Of a DNA stretch of 64,000 nt, positions 10,030 through 20,503 are shown in pieces (position 1 is the first letter of the stretch; every line of letters starts with the position of its first letter). Source of the DNA: Planctomycetota bacterium (GTDB lineage: Bacteria > Planctomycetota > PLA2 > JAEUHO01); contig JBFWRP010000004.1 in the NCBI GenBank assembly GCA_050248855.1, forward strand, positions 110,666 through 174,665, in the 5' to 3' direction. The translations under genes were made by a program, and so were the position numbers. The notes under the pieces are model-generated. The model had not been told where the DNA came from, ran no database searches, and worked only from the letters and a program-made list of their open reading frames with translations.

Positions 10030-12804
10030 TCACTCCAGGGCGCGCAGCGCGAAGCGGAAGTAGCTGCGACGCCCCTCGAAGCGCCGCTCGGCCCCGGAGG
10101 TGAGGTCGCGGTACAGGACCGCCCCGTCGCCGACGATCGTCAGCTTCTGGCGGAAGGGGGCGTAGCCGGGACGGCTCACGATCAGCTCGTACGGCCCGGG
10201 CTTGACCGGGCCGACGAGGTAGCCGTCGTCGCTGCGGGCCTCGAGCAGGAGATTGCTGCTGGCCCGCCGCCACGCTTCGTCGTCGGCCACGGGGCCGCCG
10301 AGCGTCCCCCACTGCACGAGATCGAGCCAGTTGCTGCCGTCGGTCCCGGACTCGAGGTCGACGATGGCCCCGAACACGGGGGCGCCGACGGCCGCCATGG
10401 GGTTGGCCACGCGCTCCGTGAGATCCAGCCCCAGGAACGCGCCCTCCTCCAGCGTGACCAGCACCTCGTGCTGCTCGGTCGCCTCGGGGCCGGGGGTCTT
10501 CCCGAGGTCCACGCGGACGGTCGTCGGCGCACGGTTCGCGGCGCCGATGGCGAGGTCGACCGACTCCTTGTAGGCGCGCAGCGGATGCGGGCGCGGCGCC
10601 CCCAAGCCGTCGAGCACGAAGCGCCCGTCCGCGTCCGTCGTGGCCGAACGGAAGAGCTGCTCGCGCTCGACCACGGGGTCGGCCCCGCGGCTCTGCCAGC
10701 CCCGATCGAAAAGGCCGATGCGCGCGCCGGCGATCGGACGGTCGCGCTCGTCGGCCACGCGACCCGTCACCCGCGCTCCGCGGTGCAGCAGCACGACGCC
10801 GTGGTCACGCTCGGCGCCGTGGGGAATCACCATCGTGCCCGTCCAGCGCAAGCCCGGTGCGAACAGGGCCACGTCGAGGCCCTCGGCCGGCAGGTCGTGG
10901 AGCCGGAGACGGCCATCGTGCAGCGCGAAGCCGCGGTCCACGACGACGCGTCCGTCGCGCAAGGATCGCGCGAACACCTGGACGAACGAGAGCGGCTGGT
11001 CGGCGAGGCCGTCGCGGGGCGCCAAGGTGACGCTTCCCGAAGCGGGCAGCAACAGTCGAAGCGGCGCCCCACCGGGCGTCACGACCTCGCGCCGCGGCAG
11101 CACGCGCGCCAGCGGGGCCAATGCGTCGCCGGGACGACCCGCCTCGTAGCCGTAGACGAGGTCGACGGTAGGCGCGAGGCTCTCGACCCCGTCGAGCACG
11201 AAGGCGCCGTCCTCGCCGGTGATGGCTTCGATGCCGGCCGCGCGAAGCGTGACGCCCACGAGCCCGCGTCCGCGCTCGTCCTGCACGACGCCGTGGACCC
11301 GGCGGGTCGCGTCCAGCAAGGCCGGCTCCAACATGAGCTCGATCGGCTGCGCGAGCGGCAGCTCGATGCGCTGGAGCACGCTGCGGTAGCCGGGCACGTA
11401 GGCGCGCACGAACGCCTGCGGCAGCCCCCATCCGCGCAAGACGAAGCGGCCGTCCGCCCCGGTCTCCACGCGGCGGTCGCCGGGCTGTTCGCGGTCCCCG
11501 TCGCGCGGAAGCGGCGACACGAGCAGGCCCACGCCGGGGCGGGGCGACCCATCGGGCGCCAGCAGGCGGCCGTGCAGCGCCCACCCGGCAGGCGGCGCGA
11601 GGTGGACCACGACCTCGTCGCCCGGCGAGGCCACGACGCGCTGGTCGAGGTCGACACCCGCACCCCGTACGCCCACGCGAAGCGGCAAGTCGGCCTCGAC
11701 GTCGCGGAGCTCGAACGTGCCGTCCGCGGCCAGCGGCACGCTGCGCGGACGGTCCAGGGCCTGGCCGGCGCCGAACAGCTCACGCACCACCGCCGCCACC
11801 TCGGGTTCGACGTCGACCTGGGCACCCTGCGCCACGTAGGGCGCGTCCACGTGGCCGCGCACGGTGACCCCTGCCGCGTCGAGCAGCACGTCGCCCACGT
11901 CGACGCGCAACGGACCCGTCGCGGGCGGCGTGACGGCGACGCGGCGGGGGCTCTTGCCGTGCGCGCGCACGCGCAACGCGAGGCGCGCCACGGCAGGTCC
12001 GCGCCACAGGAAACGGCCCTGGGAGTCCGCGGGCATCGCCACGCCGATGTCGACGGGGCCGAACCCTTCCACGATGGTGCCGGGGAGAGGACGACCGGCG
12101 CCGTCGATGGCCCGGCCGACGACCTCGAGCGGCGGATCGAGCACGAGCGTGACGTCGGCGTCCGTGCCCGCCACGAAGCGCCGCACGGGCCCACTGCGCT
12201 CCGCCGAGCCCAGGTCGACGACGACGAGGCCCTCCGGCAGGTGGTCGAGCACGACGGTGCCGCCGCCGTCGGTGCGCAGCATGGGCCCGGGCACGGCGGG
12301 CGTCACGGACACGGGCACGCCTGCTGCGGGACGACCGTCCGGCTCGCGAACGCGGACCACGAGAGGCGTCGCCGCGGGAAGGAGCTCGATGACGGTCCCG
12401 TCCTCCAGCGACTCCGTGCCGACCTCCACCCAGCGGTGGCCGATGGCCCCGAACGCGACGCGCGCCGACTCCGGCTCGACGACGAGCGCGGCGGGGCCGC
12501 CGGCCACGGAGGCCTCGATCACTTCCGTTCGCGCCCCGACGACATCGCGCAAGGGGCCACGCAGGCGGCCGCCCCCGGCGGCTCGGACCTCGACGCGCAC
12601 GCGCCGGGGGGGAGGCGGCTCGGGGACGCCGTCCTCGGGCCGGACGGGGACCTCGGGACGGTCGGCAGGCACCGCGGGCGGAGCGGCCGTGACGTGTGTC
12701 GGCCCGTCCCCAGCGGGGCTGCCCAGGCGGGGCACGACGAACCAGGCGCCGGCCCCGACGATGGCCAGGAACGCCAGGACGTACAGCCAGCCTTCGCGAT
12801 CCAC
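10030..12804 (-). CDS. Membrane-anchored protein with repeated carboxypeptidase-regulatory-like domains
   Basis: N-terminal TM; repeated G-R-V-x-D..G.P..G...TDADGRF units. Confidence 0.75.
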   Translation of the reverse strand: MDREGWLYVLAFLAIVGAGAWFVVPRLGSPAGDGPTHVTAAPPAVPADRPEVPVRPEDGVPEPPPPRRVRVEVRAAGGGRLRGPLRDVVGARTEVIEASVAGGPAALVVEPESARVAFGAIGHRWVEVGTESLEDGTVIELLPAATPLVVRVREPDGRPAAGVPVSVTPAVPGPMLRTDGGGTVVLDHLPEGLVVVDLGSAERSGPVRRFVAGTDADVTLVLDPPLEVVGRAIDGAGRPLPGTIVEGFGPVDIGVAMPADSQGRFLWRGPAVARLALRVRAHGKSPRRVAVTPPATGPLRVDVGDVLLDAAGVTVRGHVDAPYVAQGAQVDVEPEVAAVVRELFGAGQALDRPRSVPLAADGTFELRDVEADLPLRVGVRGAGVDLDQRVVASPGDEVVVHLAPPAGWALHGRLLAPDGSPRPGVGLLVSPLPRDGDREQPGDRRVETGADGRFVLRGWGLPQAFVRAYVPGYRSVLQRIELPLAQPIELMLEPALLDATRRVHGVVQDERGRGLVGVTLRAAGIEAITGEDGAFVLDGVESLAPTVDLVYGYEAGRPGDALAPLARVLPRREVVTPGGAPLRLLLPASGSVTLAPRDGLADQPLSFVQVFARSLRDGRVVVDRGFALHDGRLRLHDLPAEGLDVALFAPGLRWTGTMVIPHGAERDHGVVLLHRGARVTGRVADERDRPIAGARIGLFDRGWQSRGADPVVEREQLFRSATTDADGRFVLDGLGAPRPHPLRAYKESVDLAIGAANRAPTTVRVDLGKTPGPEATEQHEVLVTLEEGAFLGLDLTERVANPMAAVGAPVFGAIVDLESGTDGSNWLDLVQWGTLGGPVADDEAWRRASSNLLLEARSDDGYLVGPVKPGPYELIVSRPGYAPFRQKLTIVGDGAVLYRDLTSGAERRFEGRRSYFRFALRALE

Positions 12805-13016
12805 GCCGTCGCTCCGTCCGTCTCGAAGGCCCTTGGACGCGCGCCGCCGCGCAGCCCGTCCCCCCCATCCTCACCCAGATTCTGGCATTTCCCCCCCAGG
12901 TGGCTGTTCATGGCTCGCCTGATGGCGGCGCCCACGCGCCGTCCCCTTCCTGGGCTCCCGCTGCTCGGAGGCGCAGGAGGCAGCTCGGGCCCATCCAGGT
13001 CCAAGCCGTGTGCGGC

Positions 13017-13125
13017 GCGCATCGGGTCGCCAGGGCGACGGTAGCGTGCCAGCATCGGCGACGACTCGTGGTCTGTTCACTCGAGGAGCCGATGCTGGTG
13101 CGCGACCGAGCATCTGGCGAGCCGC
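13017..13125. repeat. Dispersed ~108-bp hairpin repeat, copy 1 of 3
   Basis: Core CATCGGCGACGACTCGTGGTCTGTTCACTCGAGGAGCCGATG shared with 41079-41185 and 49664-49772; nested inverted repeats. Confidence 0.92.
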
Positions 13126-13151
13126 CCCCGCGCACCCAAGTGCGTAGACGA

Positions 13152-13682
13152 TCAGGGGAAAGCGCGGTGCGAGAGCTGCGAGCGCATGACGACTTGCCCA
13201 TCGGGCTCGACCCAGGCCAAGCCCTTCGCCGTGATCCCGCCCCGCTCGGCCTCGACGAGGGCCTTGCCCTCGGCCGTCACTTCGAGGACGTACACGCGGC
13301 GATAGCCCTGCTGGCGCAAGCCCCGACGCACGAGGTCACGCACGTCGGGATCCCGGTCCTCGTGGGCCGGAAGCGCGTCGGGGCCCGTCAAGGCCAGCGC
13401 CTCGGCCTGCTCGACGGCGTGTGCGACCTGCGCTTCGAGGTCTTCGAGGCGGCGGCCCAGCGTGCCCAGGTGCTGACCGAGATCCTGCGAGGGGCCGGGT
13501 CGCTCCGCCTGGGCGTCCAGCCGCCGGACGGTCTCGCGCAGCTGCTTCTCGAGCGTCGCCAAGCGCGACCTGAGCTGCACCATCTCCAGCGCGAGGTTGC
13601 GGCTCACACGGTGGCTGTGCCACGCGAGCACGACGGTGCCGCCGGCAACCAGAAGCGCGACCAGGGCCAAGACCAGCTCCAT
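13152..13682 (-). CDS. Hypothetical membrane-anchored coiled-coil protein
   Basis: N-terminal TM followed by heptad-rich segment. Confidence 0.65.
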   Translation of the reverse strand: MELVLALVALLVAGGTVVLAWHSHRVSRNLALEMVQLRSRLATLEKQLRETVRRLDAQAERPGPSQDLGQHLGTLGRRLEDLEAQVAHAVEQAEALALTGPDALPAHEDRDPDVRDLVRRGLRQQGYRRVYVLEVTAEGKALVEAERGGITAKGLAWVEPDGQVVMRSQLSHRAFP

Positions 13683-13692
13683 CCCCGCCAGT

Positions 13693-14379
13693 CTACGCGC
13701 CCGGCGCCGGAGCGAGGACGCCGTCGCTCAAGAACAGCTCGTGACGGGCCTGCTCGGCCACACGGGGATCGTGCGTGATCAAGAGGACGGTGGTGCCGGC
13801 CGCGTGCTGCTCGCGGATCAGGTCCAGCACGCGGGCCCCGGAGCCGCTGTCGAGGTTGCCCGTGGGCTCGTCGCAGAGCAGCAAGCGCGGCCGCTTCACC
13901 AGCGCGCGAGCGAGCGCGACGCGCTGCTGCTCGCCACCGGACAGCCGGCCCGGGTCGTGGTCGCGACGCGCCAAGAGGCCCACGCGGTCCAGGGCCTCGT
14001 CGGCGCGCCGCGCCCGTTCGGCGCGTCCCACGCCTTGGTAGAGCAGCGGCAGGGCGACGTTGCGCCAGGCGGGTTCGTCGCGCAGCAGGTGGAAGCGCTG
14101 GAACACGAAGCCGATGGTGCGGCCGCGGAGCGCGGCGAGTGCGGCGTCGTCCAACGTGGCCACGTCCGTCCCCGCGAACACGTAGCGCCCCCCCGTGGGC
14201 CGGTCCAGGCATCCCACGACGTGCAGGAACGTCGACTTGCCACTGCCCGAGGGGCCCATGATGGCGAGGTAGTCGCCCGCCTCGACCACCAGGTCGGTGG
14301 GCCGGAGCGCATGCACGGGCACCGGCCCGGGATAGGTGCGGGCGGCGCCCTCCAAGCGGATCAGGGGCTCGTCGGTCAC
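13693..14379 (-). CDS. ABC transporter ATP-binding protein (LolD/MacB family)
   Basis: GPSGSGKS, LSGGEQQRVALAR, CDEPTGNLD, ITHD. Confidence 0.93.
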   Translation of the reverse strand: MTDEPLIRLEGAARTYPGPVPVHALRPTDLVVEAGDYLAIMGPSGSGKSTFLHVVGCLDRPTGGRYVFAGTDVATLDDAALAALRGRTIGFVFQRFHLLRDEPAWRNVALPLLYQGVGRAERARRADEALDRVGLLARRDHDPGRLSGGEQQRVALARALVKRPRLLLCDEPTGNLDSGSGARVLDLIREQHAAGTTVLLITHDPRVAEQARHELFLSDGVLAPAPGA

Positions 14380-15686
14380 CGCAGTCTCCTTGCCAGGACC
14401 CGTGCCGGGTCGATGGATGCGGCGCGCCACGCGGGCAGCAGGGCCGCCAACGCCCCGATGCCGACGGCGACGGCCACGGCCACCCCCGCGTACCGCATGT
14501 CGAAGCGGAACGGGAACTCCACGATGCGGGCCAGCACGCGCGCGGCCAGCGCGCCCAGGGGCAGCCCGAGCAGTCCTCCGACGAGCGCCGTACCCATGCT
14601 CTCGAACGTGACCTGCGTCGCCACGTCACGCCGCCGTGCGCCCTCGACGCGACGGATCGCCAGCTCGTCGAAGCGCTCGCGCACCGTGACGAGGTTCATG
14701 GTGGCGAGCAAGACGGCGGCCACGAGCGCCACGAGCATCCACACGAGGTTGCCCACGAAGGCGCCGGCTTGCGTGGCGCCCCCCAGCGCCTCCATCCACA
14801 GTCGACGCACGATCACGCCGAGTGCGGGACGCGTCGCCGGGTCGTGCACCGTGGCGATCACCTGCTCCAGCCGCTCGGCGACGGCCGGGACGTCCGTCGG
14901 ACTGCGGGCCACGACGCTGATGCCCGTGAGGTCCAGGTCCTCGCGCTCGGGGTCGGCCGGCAGGTAGACGCAGCGGAAGGCGAGCAGGCTGCTCCCCAGC
15001 AGGCGCGTGCTGCGACCGGCGTCCATTTCCTCGAAGAGGGCGCGGTAGCGCATGGGGTCGCGGAGCACGCCGATCACCTCGACCGTCGGGGCGTCGTCGG
15101 CTGCTCCGACGCGCAGCTCGCGACCCACGAGGTCGCCCGGCTCCTGCACTTCGCGGTCACCGTGGAGGCCGGCCAGGAGCTCGCGCGCGATCGCTTCGTC
15201 GACCACGGCCACGCGGGCCTGGTCGCGCGGAGCGACCTCGTCCTCGCGCCACCAGCGGCCCGCGACCAGCTCCACGTCCACCGTGGCGGCCAGCCCCGTC
15301 GGCGCCTCGACCACCGTGACGCCACCGAGGACACGCGCCCCCGCGCCGACGGGCAGCGCCACGTCGCGCACGCGGTGCGCGCGGGGCACGATCGCCAAGG
15401 CAAGAGAGCCCAAGTCCTCGCGCACGGCCTCGACGTACGTACGGCCGAATCGCTCGCGGCCGGGGCGCAGTCCCAAGACGGGCGCGCGTACCAGGTCGAC
15501 CGTGCGCGCGCCGAACTGCGCGACGTCGTCGCGGATGTCGCGGTCGAAGCCCTGCGAGAGCGAGATCACGTTGGCGACGACGGCCACGGCGGCCGCGCTC
15601 GTGACGGCCGCGAGCAGCGTGCGCAGGGGATGGTGGGCCAGCGAGCGAAGCGCTTGGCCCACGTGGCGTGCGGCGCGGCCGCTCAC
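14376..15686 (-). CDS. ABC transporter permease (MacB/FtsX family)
   Basis: HHPLRTLLA N-terminus, VRERFDELAIRRVEGA, PAWRAASIDP C-terminus. Confidence 0.88.
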   Translation of the reverse strand: MSGRAARHVGQALRSLAHHPLRTLLAAVTSAAAVAVVANVISLSQGFDRDIRDDVAQFGARTVDLVRAPVLGLRPGRERFGRTYVEAVREDLGSLALAIVPRAHRVRDVALPVGAGARVLGGVTVVEAPTGLAATVDVELVAGRWWREDEVAPRDQARVAVVDEAIARELLAGLHGDREVQEPGDLVGRELRVGAADDAPTVEVIGVLRDPMRYRALFEEMDAGRSTRLLGSSLLAFRCVYLPADPEREDLDLTGISVVARSPTDVPAVAERLEQVIATVHDPATRPALGVIVRRLWMEALGGATQAGAFVGNLVWMLVALVAAVLLATMNLVTVRERFDELAIRRVEGARRRDVATQVTFESMGTALVGGLLGLPLGALAARVLARIVEFPFRFDMRYAGVAVAVAVGIGALAALLPAWRAASIDPARVLARRLR

Positions 15687-16978
15687 TCGACCTCCAGCGA
15701 TCGCGCCGGGTCGGCTGCCGCCACGCGGCGTGCCGGCAGCCAAGCGGCCAGGCAGCCGACGACGACGGAGACGAGCAACGCCAGGAGCGCGCGCGACCAG
15801 GGGAAGATCCAGGTGAAGCCGCTCACCGGCTCCAAGCGCACGCGAAGCTCGGCGAGGCCCGCACCCAGCGCGAACCCGAGCACCCCCCCCACCGCGCCGA
15901 GCAGGAGGCCCTCGAACAGCACCTGCCGACCCACGTCCTTGCGCGTGGCCCCCTCGACGCGGTGCAGCGCGATCTCGCCTTGGCGGGCCATCGCGGTGAC
16001 CAGGCCGAGGTTGGCGATGACGACCGCACCCATCGCCAGGCAGGCCAGGAACATGGCCCAGGCCACGGGCCGGAAGCGGTCCAGCCGCGGGTCGAGGAGC
16101 GAAGGCAGCACGAGGGCGTGCCGCGCGACCACGGGCCGGTCGGCGAAGCGCTCGAGCCCGCGCAGCGACACGCCCGCTTCCCGCACGAGGGCGGCGTGTC
16201 GCACGCGCACGACGATCTCGTCGACCGCCGCGTCCGGCGGGGCCGCCGACCACGGGATGTGCACGCTCTCGTCCACGTGCTTCCAGTGCGCCAGCGAGAC
16301 GGGCACGCCGAGGGCGCCGAGCAGGGGCAGCGCCACGCGTCTGTACATCTCGTGGCGCGTGTCGAAGCCCGCTTCGTCCGTTGCCCGCGCCAGGTCCGGG
16401 CGTGGCGCCGTGATGCCGACGATGCGATGGAGCCGCTCGTCGGGCCCACGGATCGCGTCGCCCAGGCGCAGCGCGTCCAAGCCCAGCCGGGCCGCCACAC
16501 CCGCTTCGATGACGCAGACGTCGGGAGGATCTCCCTCCTCCAGCCAGCGACCCTGCGCGAGGCGGAAGCCCCGGGCCGCGCCGGTCTCCGGCGTCGTCGC
16601 GATCCACGTGGGCGCATGCGGTGTCGGCGCCCCCGCGTCGGGGTCGGGCAGCACGCCGGGGGCGGCCACGTCACCCCGGGCCAGGACACGCAGCGCGCCG
16701 GCATGGAGCACGTCGTCGGGGAGCGCTGCGCGCACGGCCTCGAGGTCCGCCAGGGCGAGCGCGTCACCGGGCGCAGTCGGGTCGCGGACGAGCGCGATGC
16801 GGTCCGCGCCCAAGGCGGCTGCCTGCTCGCGAGCCGCCACACGGGTCCCCTCCAGCACGGCCGCCGGCAGGATCGCCACGGCCACGCCCCAGGCCGTGCC
16901 CTGGGCCAGCAGGAAGGTGCGCAGCGGACGGCGCAGCAGGGCCCGGAGGGCCATGTGGAGAGCGAGGAGGAAGCGCAC
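15683..16978 (-). CDS. ABC transporter permease (MacB/FtsX family)
   Basis: RRPLRTFL, EIALHRVEGA, PARRVAAADP; start approximate. Confidence 0.85.
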   Translation of the reverse strand: MRFLLALHMALRALLRRPLRTFLLAQGTAWGVAVAILPAAVLEGTRVAAREQAAALGADRIALVRDPTAPGDALALADLEAVRAALPDDVLHAGALRVLARGDVAAPGVLPDPDAGAPTPHAPTWIATTPETGAARGFRLAQGRWLEEGDPPDVCVIEAGVAARLGLDALRLGDAIRGPDERLHRIVGITAPRPDLARATDEAGFDTRHEMYRRVALPLLGALGVPVSLAHWKHVDESVHIPWSAAPPDAAVDEIVVRVRHAALVREAGVSLRGLERFADRPVVARHALVLPSLLDPRLDRFRPVAWAMFLACLAMGAVVIANLGLVTAMARQGEIALHRVEGATRKDVGRQVLFEGLLLGAVGGVLGFALGAGLAELRVRLEPVSGFTWIFPWSRALLALLVSVVVGCLAAWLPARRVAAADPARSLEVE

Positions 16979-16991
16979 GACGAGGCGGAGG

Positions 16992-18596
16992 CTACCGGCG
17001 CGCTGCCGCAAGTCCGCGTGCGCGTCCGGTCAACGCTCCCGCCACCGGCACCAGCCACGCGCCGAGGAGCGCGAGCGCCGCGAGGCCCAACAACGGCTGG
17101 CGCAGGCGGTGCGCAGGCAAGCTGGCGGGCGCCGCTTCGGCCGTGGCCACGCCGCGCGGGCCGCCGCCGGTCCGTACCAGCCGGGTCAGGCTCGGCGGGC
17201 GTAGGCGATGCGCGCGCCAGCCGGCTCCGATGTCGGGCCCGACCACGTCGTCGACGAGGTTGTCGAGCAGCAGGGGCAGGAACGGCGTGGTGCGCAGCGG
17301 GGGCCGCCCGTCCAGGAGCGAGGCCGTGAGCAGGACGCCGCCCGGCAGCTCGACCAGCAGTGGCCAGGTCTGGTCGCCGTCGCGCCACCCCAGCAGCATC
17401 GTGCCGCCGCGGGCCGCATCGAGCGCGGCCGGCGACAGCCGCACGCTCCCCGCCTCCGCGGCGAGATCGCGAACGAGCGGCGAGGAGGAGCGGACGGGAG
17501 CAGCGCGAGCGGGCACGGCCACGCCGCGATGCCCGCTCGGGGCGGGCACGACCAAGGCCTGGACACCAGCAGCCTCCGGAGGCGTCTCCCCGAGGCGGAT
17601 CACGTGGATCCACGGCCCCCGGGCCGCGTCCCCCAGCCGCATGCGCCCACCGGCTTCCGCCGCGGCCCGCAGCGCGCTTGCGACCTCGCTTTCCAGACCG
17701 GGGTCCAGCAACAGCGCCGCCGTCTCGGCGCCGGCCTCCAGGTCCACCGTGTCGTCCGCGGGGAGGACATCCTCGCGCCCGAGGGCCACCCGAAGCAGAC
17801 CACGACCCGGGGCGTGGGCATCCACGGCCGTCCTCTGCTCGGCCGTCAGCTCCAGCGCGAGCCCCGCGGCGCCGCCAGGCTGCAGGGTCGTCGTGCCCGC
17901 CACCAGGCGCTCGCCGTCCGAGCCGGGCCCGGTCACGACCACGGTCACGTCGGCGGCTCCTCGGCCCTCCCGCGATGCCTCCAGGGTGGTCTGGACGCGC
18001 AAGCCCCCCGTGTCGGTGGGTACGACCCCGACCGCCACGATGCCGACGTTGGCAGGCCCGGGCGGCAGGTCCCAGGTGGCCTCCAGGTCCAACGGCCACC
18101 AGCGCACGCCGGGGCGTGGCGCCGCCGGCAGGACGCGCGCGATCACGTAGCGCTGCCAGGCCGCTCCGAGCCGGGCCAGCGTCTCGAGGTACGCGGGCGA
18201 GGATGCCGTGGGCGTGACGGTCACGACATCGAGCTCGACATCTCCGGGCAGCTCGGCGCGAATCCCGGCCAGGGCGCTCTCGACGGCGGCCTCGTAGCCG
18301 CGGGCACCGCGAAGCCAGCCGCTCTCGACGACGACGCGCGCCATGCGGCGCGAGGCGCCCCGCCCGACCTGTGGCCCGGCCGCGGCGAACGCCGCCGCTG
18401 CGGCGCCGAGCAGCAGCAGGGCGAGCACCGGATCGAACCGACGCGCGCGACGGGTGGCCGAGCCGGACGGGAGATCGGTGAAGAACAGCAGCGACGCCAC
18501 GGTCACGGCGCGTGGCGCCCGGCTCCGGCGGTGCAACCACCAGATCCCCGGCAGCGCCAGGAGCCCGAGCAGGCCCAGCGGCGCGGCGAAGCTCAC
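16992..18596 (-). CDS. BatA-like (N-terminal double-TM) domain protein
   Basis: MSFAAPLGLLGLLALPGIWWLH...VASLLF is a BatA-type N-terminus; follows a DUF58 gene. Confidence 0.75.
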   Translation of the reverse strand: MSFAAPLGLLGLLALPGIWWLHRRSRAPRAVTVASLLFFTDLPSGSATRRARRFDPVLALLLLGAAAAAFAAAGPQVGRGASRRMARVVVESGWLRGARGYEAAVESALAGIRAELPGDVELDVVTVTPTASSPAYLETLARLGAAWQRYVIARVLPAAPRPGVRWWPLDLEATWDLPPGPANVGIVAVGVVPTDTGGLRVQTTLEASREGRGAADVTVVVTGPGSDGERLVAGTTTLQPGGAAGLALELTAEQRTAVDAHAPGRGLLRVALGREDVLPADDTVDLEAGAETAALLLDPGLESEVASALRAAAEAGGRMRLGDAARGPWIHVIRLGETPPEAAGVQALVVPAPSGHRGVAVPARAAPVRSSSPLVRDLAAEAGSVRLSPAALDAARGGTMLLGWRDGDQTWPLLVELPGGVLLTASLLDGRPPLRTTPFLPLLLDNLVDDVVGPDIGAGWRAHRLRPPSLTRLVRTGGGPRGVATAEAAPASLPAHRLRQPLLGLAALALLGAWLVPVAGALTGRARGLAAARR

Positions 18597-19519
18597 GGGA
18601 CTTCCAGGACGAGGCGACGCAGCACGTCCTCGCTGCGCTCCGACGGCGCGAACGGCAGGTAGCGCAAGCCCACGCTACGTGCGTGATGGGCCCACAGGTC
18701 GGCATGGCGCTGCGCGCGCGCGGCGACTTCCGCGGCCACGCGGGCGTCCACGAGCAAGCGCCGCGACTCGCCGGTCTCCGCGTCCTGCGCGACGATGGCC
18801 CCGAGCGGCTCGGGGGCATGCACCTCGGGTGCACGCACGTGCACGAGGGCGCCGCGGACGGCGCGGCCCGCGAGCCCATGCAGCACCCCGGGGTCGGTGC
18901 GGGTCAGCAGGTCCGAGACCAGCAAGAAGCGCGTGCCACGCGCGAGGCGACGCACGACGCGCGGGAGCGTCTGCGCCAGCTCCGCACGCCCCGTCGGGGG
19001 TGTGGCCGAGAGCCGCTCCAACGCGGCCCGTACCTCGCCCGGCTCGCGCCCCTCGGCCAAGGGACGCGCCTCGCCCCCTTGCAGGATGCCCAGCCGCGCC
19101 ACACCGCGACCCGCCACGGCGATCGCGAACGCGAGCGCCGCCAGCCGTGCCGACGCCACGCGCACGCCATGCAGCCCCATGGACGCACTACCGTCGAGCC
19201 AGACCTCGGTGACCAGGTCGCGCTCGGGATCCAGCTGGCGCACGACGACGCGGCCCAGGCGCGCGGCGACGTTCCAGTCGACGCGCTTCAGGTCGTCGCC
19301 GGGGCGGTAGGCGCGATGGCCGCGGAACAGGAAGCGACCGCCTTCCCCGCGCACCGCCCGGCGTCCGTCGGCCACGCCTGCGTGGAGCCTCGGCACCGCC
19401 GCGGGAACCAGCGACAAGAGGCGCAGGAAGGAGGCCGGGAACAGCTCCGGGTCGAGCGCTCCGGCGCCGACGTCCCGACGCGGTGTGGACCGCGTGCCCG
19501 ACGCGCGGCGCGCGTTCAC
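18593..19519 (-). CDS. DUF58 domain protein
   Basis: FRGHRAYRPGDDLKRVDWNVAAR, LDGSASM, VSDL. Confidence 0.85.
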   Translation of the reverse strand: MNARRASGTRSTPRRDVGAGALDPELFPASFLRLLSLVPAAVPRLHAGVADGRRAVRGEGGRFLFRGHRAYRPGDDLKRVDWNVAARLGRVVVRQLDPERDLVTEVWLDGSASMGLHGVRVASARLAALAFAIAVAGRGVARLGILQGGEARPLAEGREPGEVRAALERLSATPPTGRAELAQTLPRVVRRLARGTRFLLVSDLLTRTDPGVLHGLAGRAVRGALVHVRAPEVHAPEPLGAIVAQDAETGESRRLLVDARVAAEVAARAQRHADLWAHHARSVGLRYLPFAPSERSEDVLRRLVLEVP

Positions 19520-20397
19520 GCCTCGTCCTCGACCGGCGGTTCGGGGTCGGTCGGGTAGTAGGGCCGACCGCGCCAGCCGAGCTTGCGGCGCAGGGTCTCG
19601 TAGAAGGGGCCGCCGAAGACGCGGACCAGGGTCAGCGGCGACGCCGACTTGGCGACTTCGATGGCGTCATCCGGCGCGAGGTGCATGGCATCGGCGCCGT
19701 CCACCGTGAAGGTTGCCGGCGTGCGGCTCTCGGCCACGGTGAGGCGGAACACATGGCGCCCCGACAACACGAGCGGGCGCGTGCTCAGCGAGTGCGCCGC
19801 GATCGGCACCATCACGATGGCCTCGATCGTGGGATCGAGCAGCGGGCCGCCCGCCGCCACGGCGTGGGCGCTCGATCCGGTCGGCGAGGCCAAGATCAGG
19901 CCGTCGCCGCTGAAACGGATCGCGTGGCGGCCGTCGATGCCCACGTCCACGTCCACCATGCGGCCGAGCTCGCTGCGACCGACGACCACGTCGTTGAGCG
20001 CAAGCCAGCGTCCGCCGAGGCGCTCCCCGCGCAACCACGTCACGTCCAGGCGCGTCCGGCGGTGCAGCTCGGCCGCGCCCTGGAGCCAGCGGTCGATGCC
20101 CTCGTCCAGCTGCTCGGGTGCGAGGTCGGCCAGGAAGCCGAAGCGACCGTAGTTGACGCCCAGGACGGGAATCGGGTTGGTGCCAAGGCGCCGCGCGACG
20201 TGCAAGATCGAGCCGTCGCCGCCGAACACGAGCACCAGGTCGGCCTCGGCCGTGGCGAGGTCGATGCGCTCGTCGAGGTCCTCGCCGACCAGCTCGACGC
20301 GCTCGGCCAAGCGCGAGCGATGCAGCCGCACGCCCTCGGCCACCCCGGGCCGCCTGCGGTCCCCCACGATCAAGACACGGCGGCGCGCGCTCGTCAT
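19516..20397 (-). CDS. nadK: NAD(+) kinase
   Basis: [33 protein letters not shown]. Confidence 0.93.
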   Translation of the reverse strand: MTSARRRVLIVGDRRRPGVAEGVRLHRSRLAERVELVGEDLDERIDLATAEADLVLVFGGDGSILHVARRLGTNPIPVLGVNYGRFGFLADLAPEQLDEGIDRWLQGAAELHRRTRLDVTWLRGERLGGRWLALNDVVVGRSELGRMVDVDVGIDGRHAIRFSGDGLILASPTGSSAHAVAAGGPLLDPTIEAIVMVPIAAHSLSTRPLVLSGRHVFRLTVAESRTPATFTVDGADAMHLAPDDAIEVAKSASPLTLVRVFGGPFYETLRRKLGWRGRPYYPTDPEPPVEDEA

Positions 20398-20503
20398 GCA
20401 CGGAGCCTACCCGGGGCCCGGACGGGGCGGTCGGGGAGTCTGCCCGTGGCACGACGAGCGGGGGTGGCCCGGCTACCCTCATGGCCCCTTGCAAGGAGCC
20501 CCC

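Noticed and set aside
20398-20503. SAH riboswitch upstream of ahcY
   Set aside because: Short divergent promoter region with no recognisable SAH consensus by eye; an Rfam scan would be decisive
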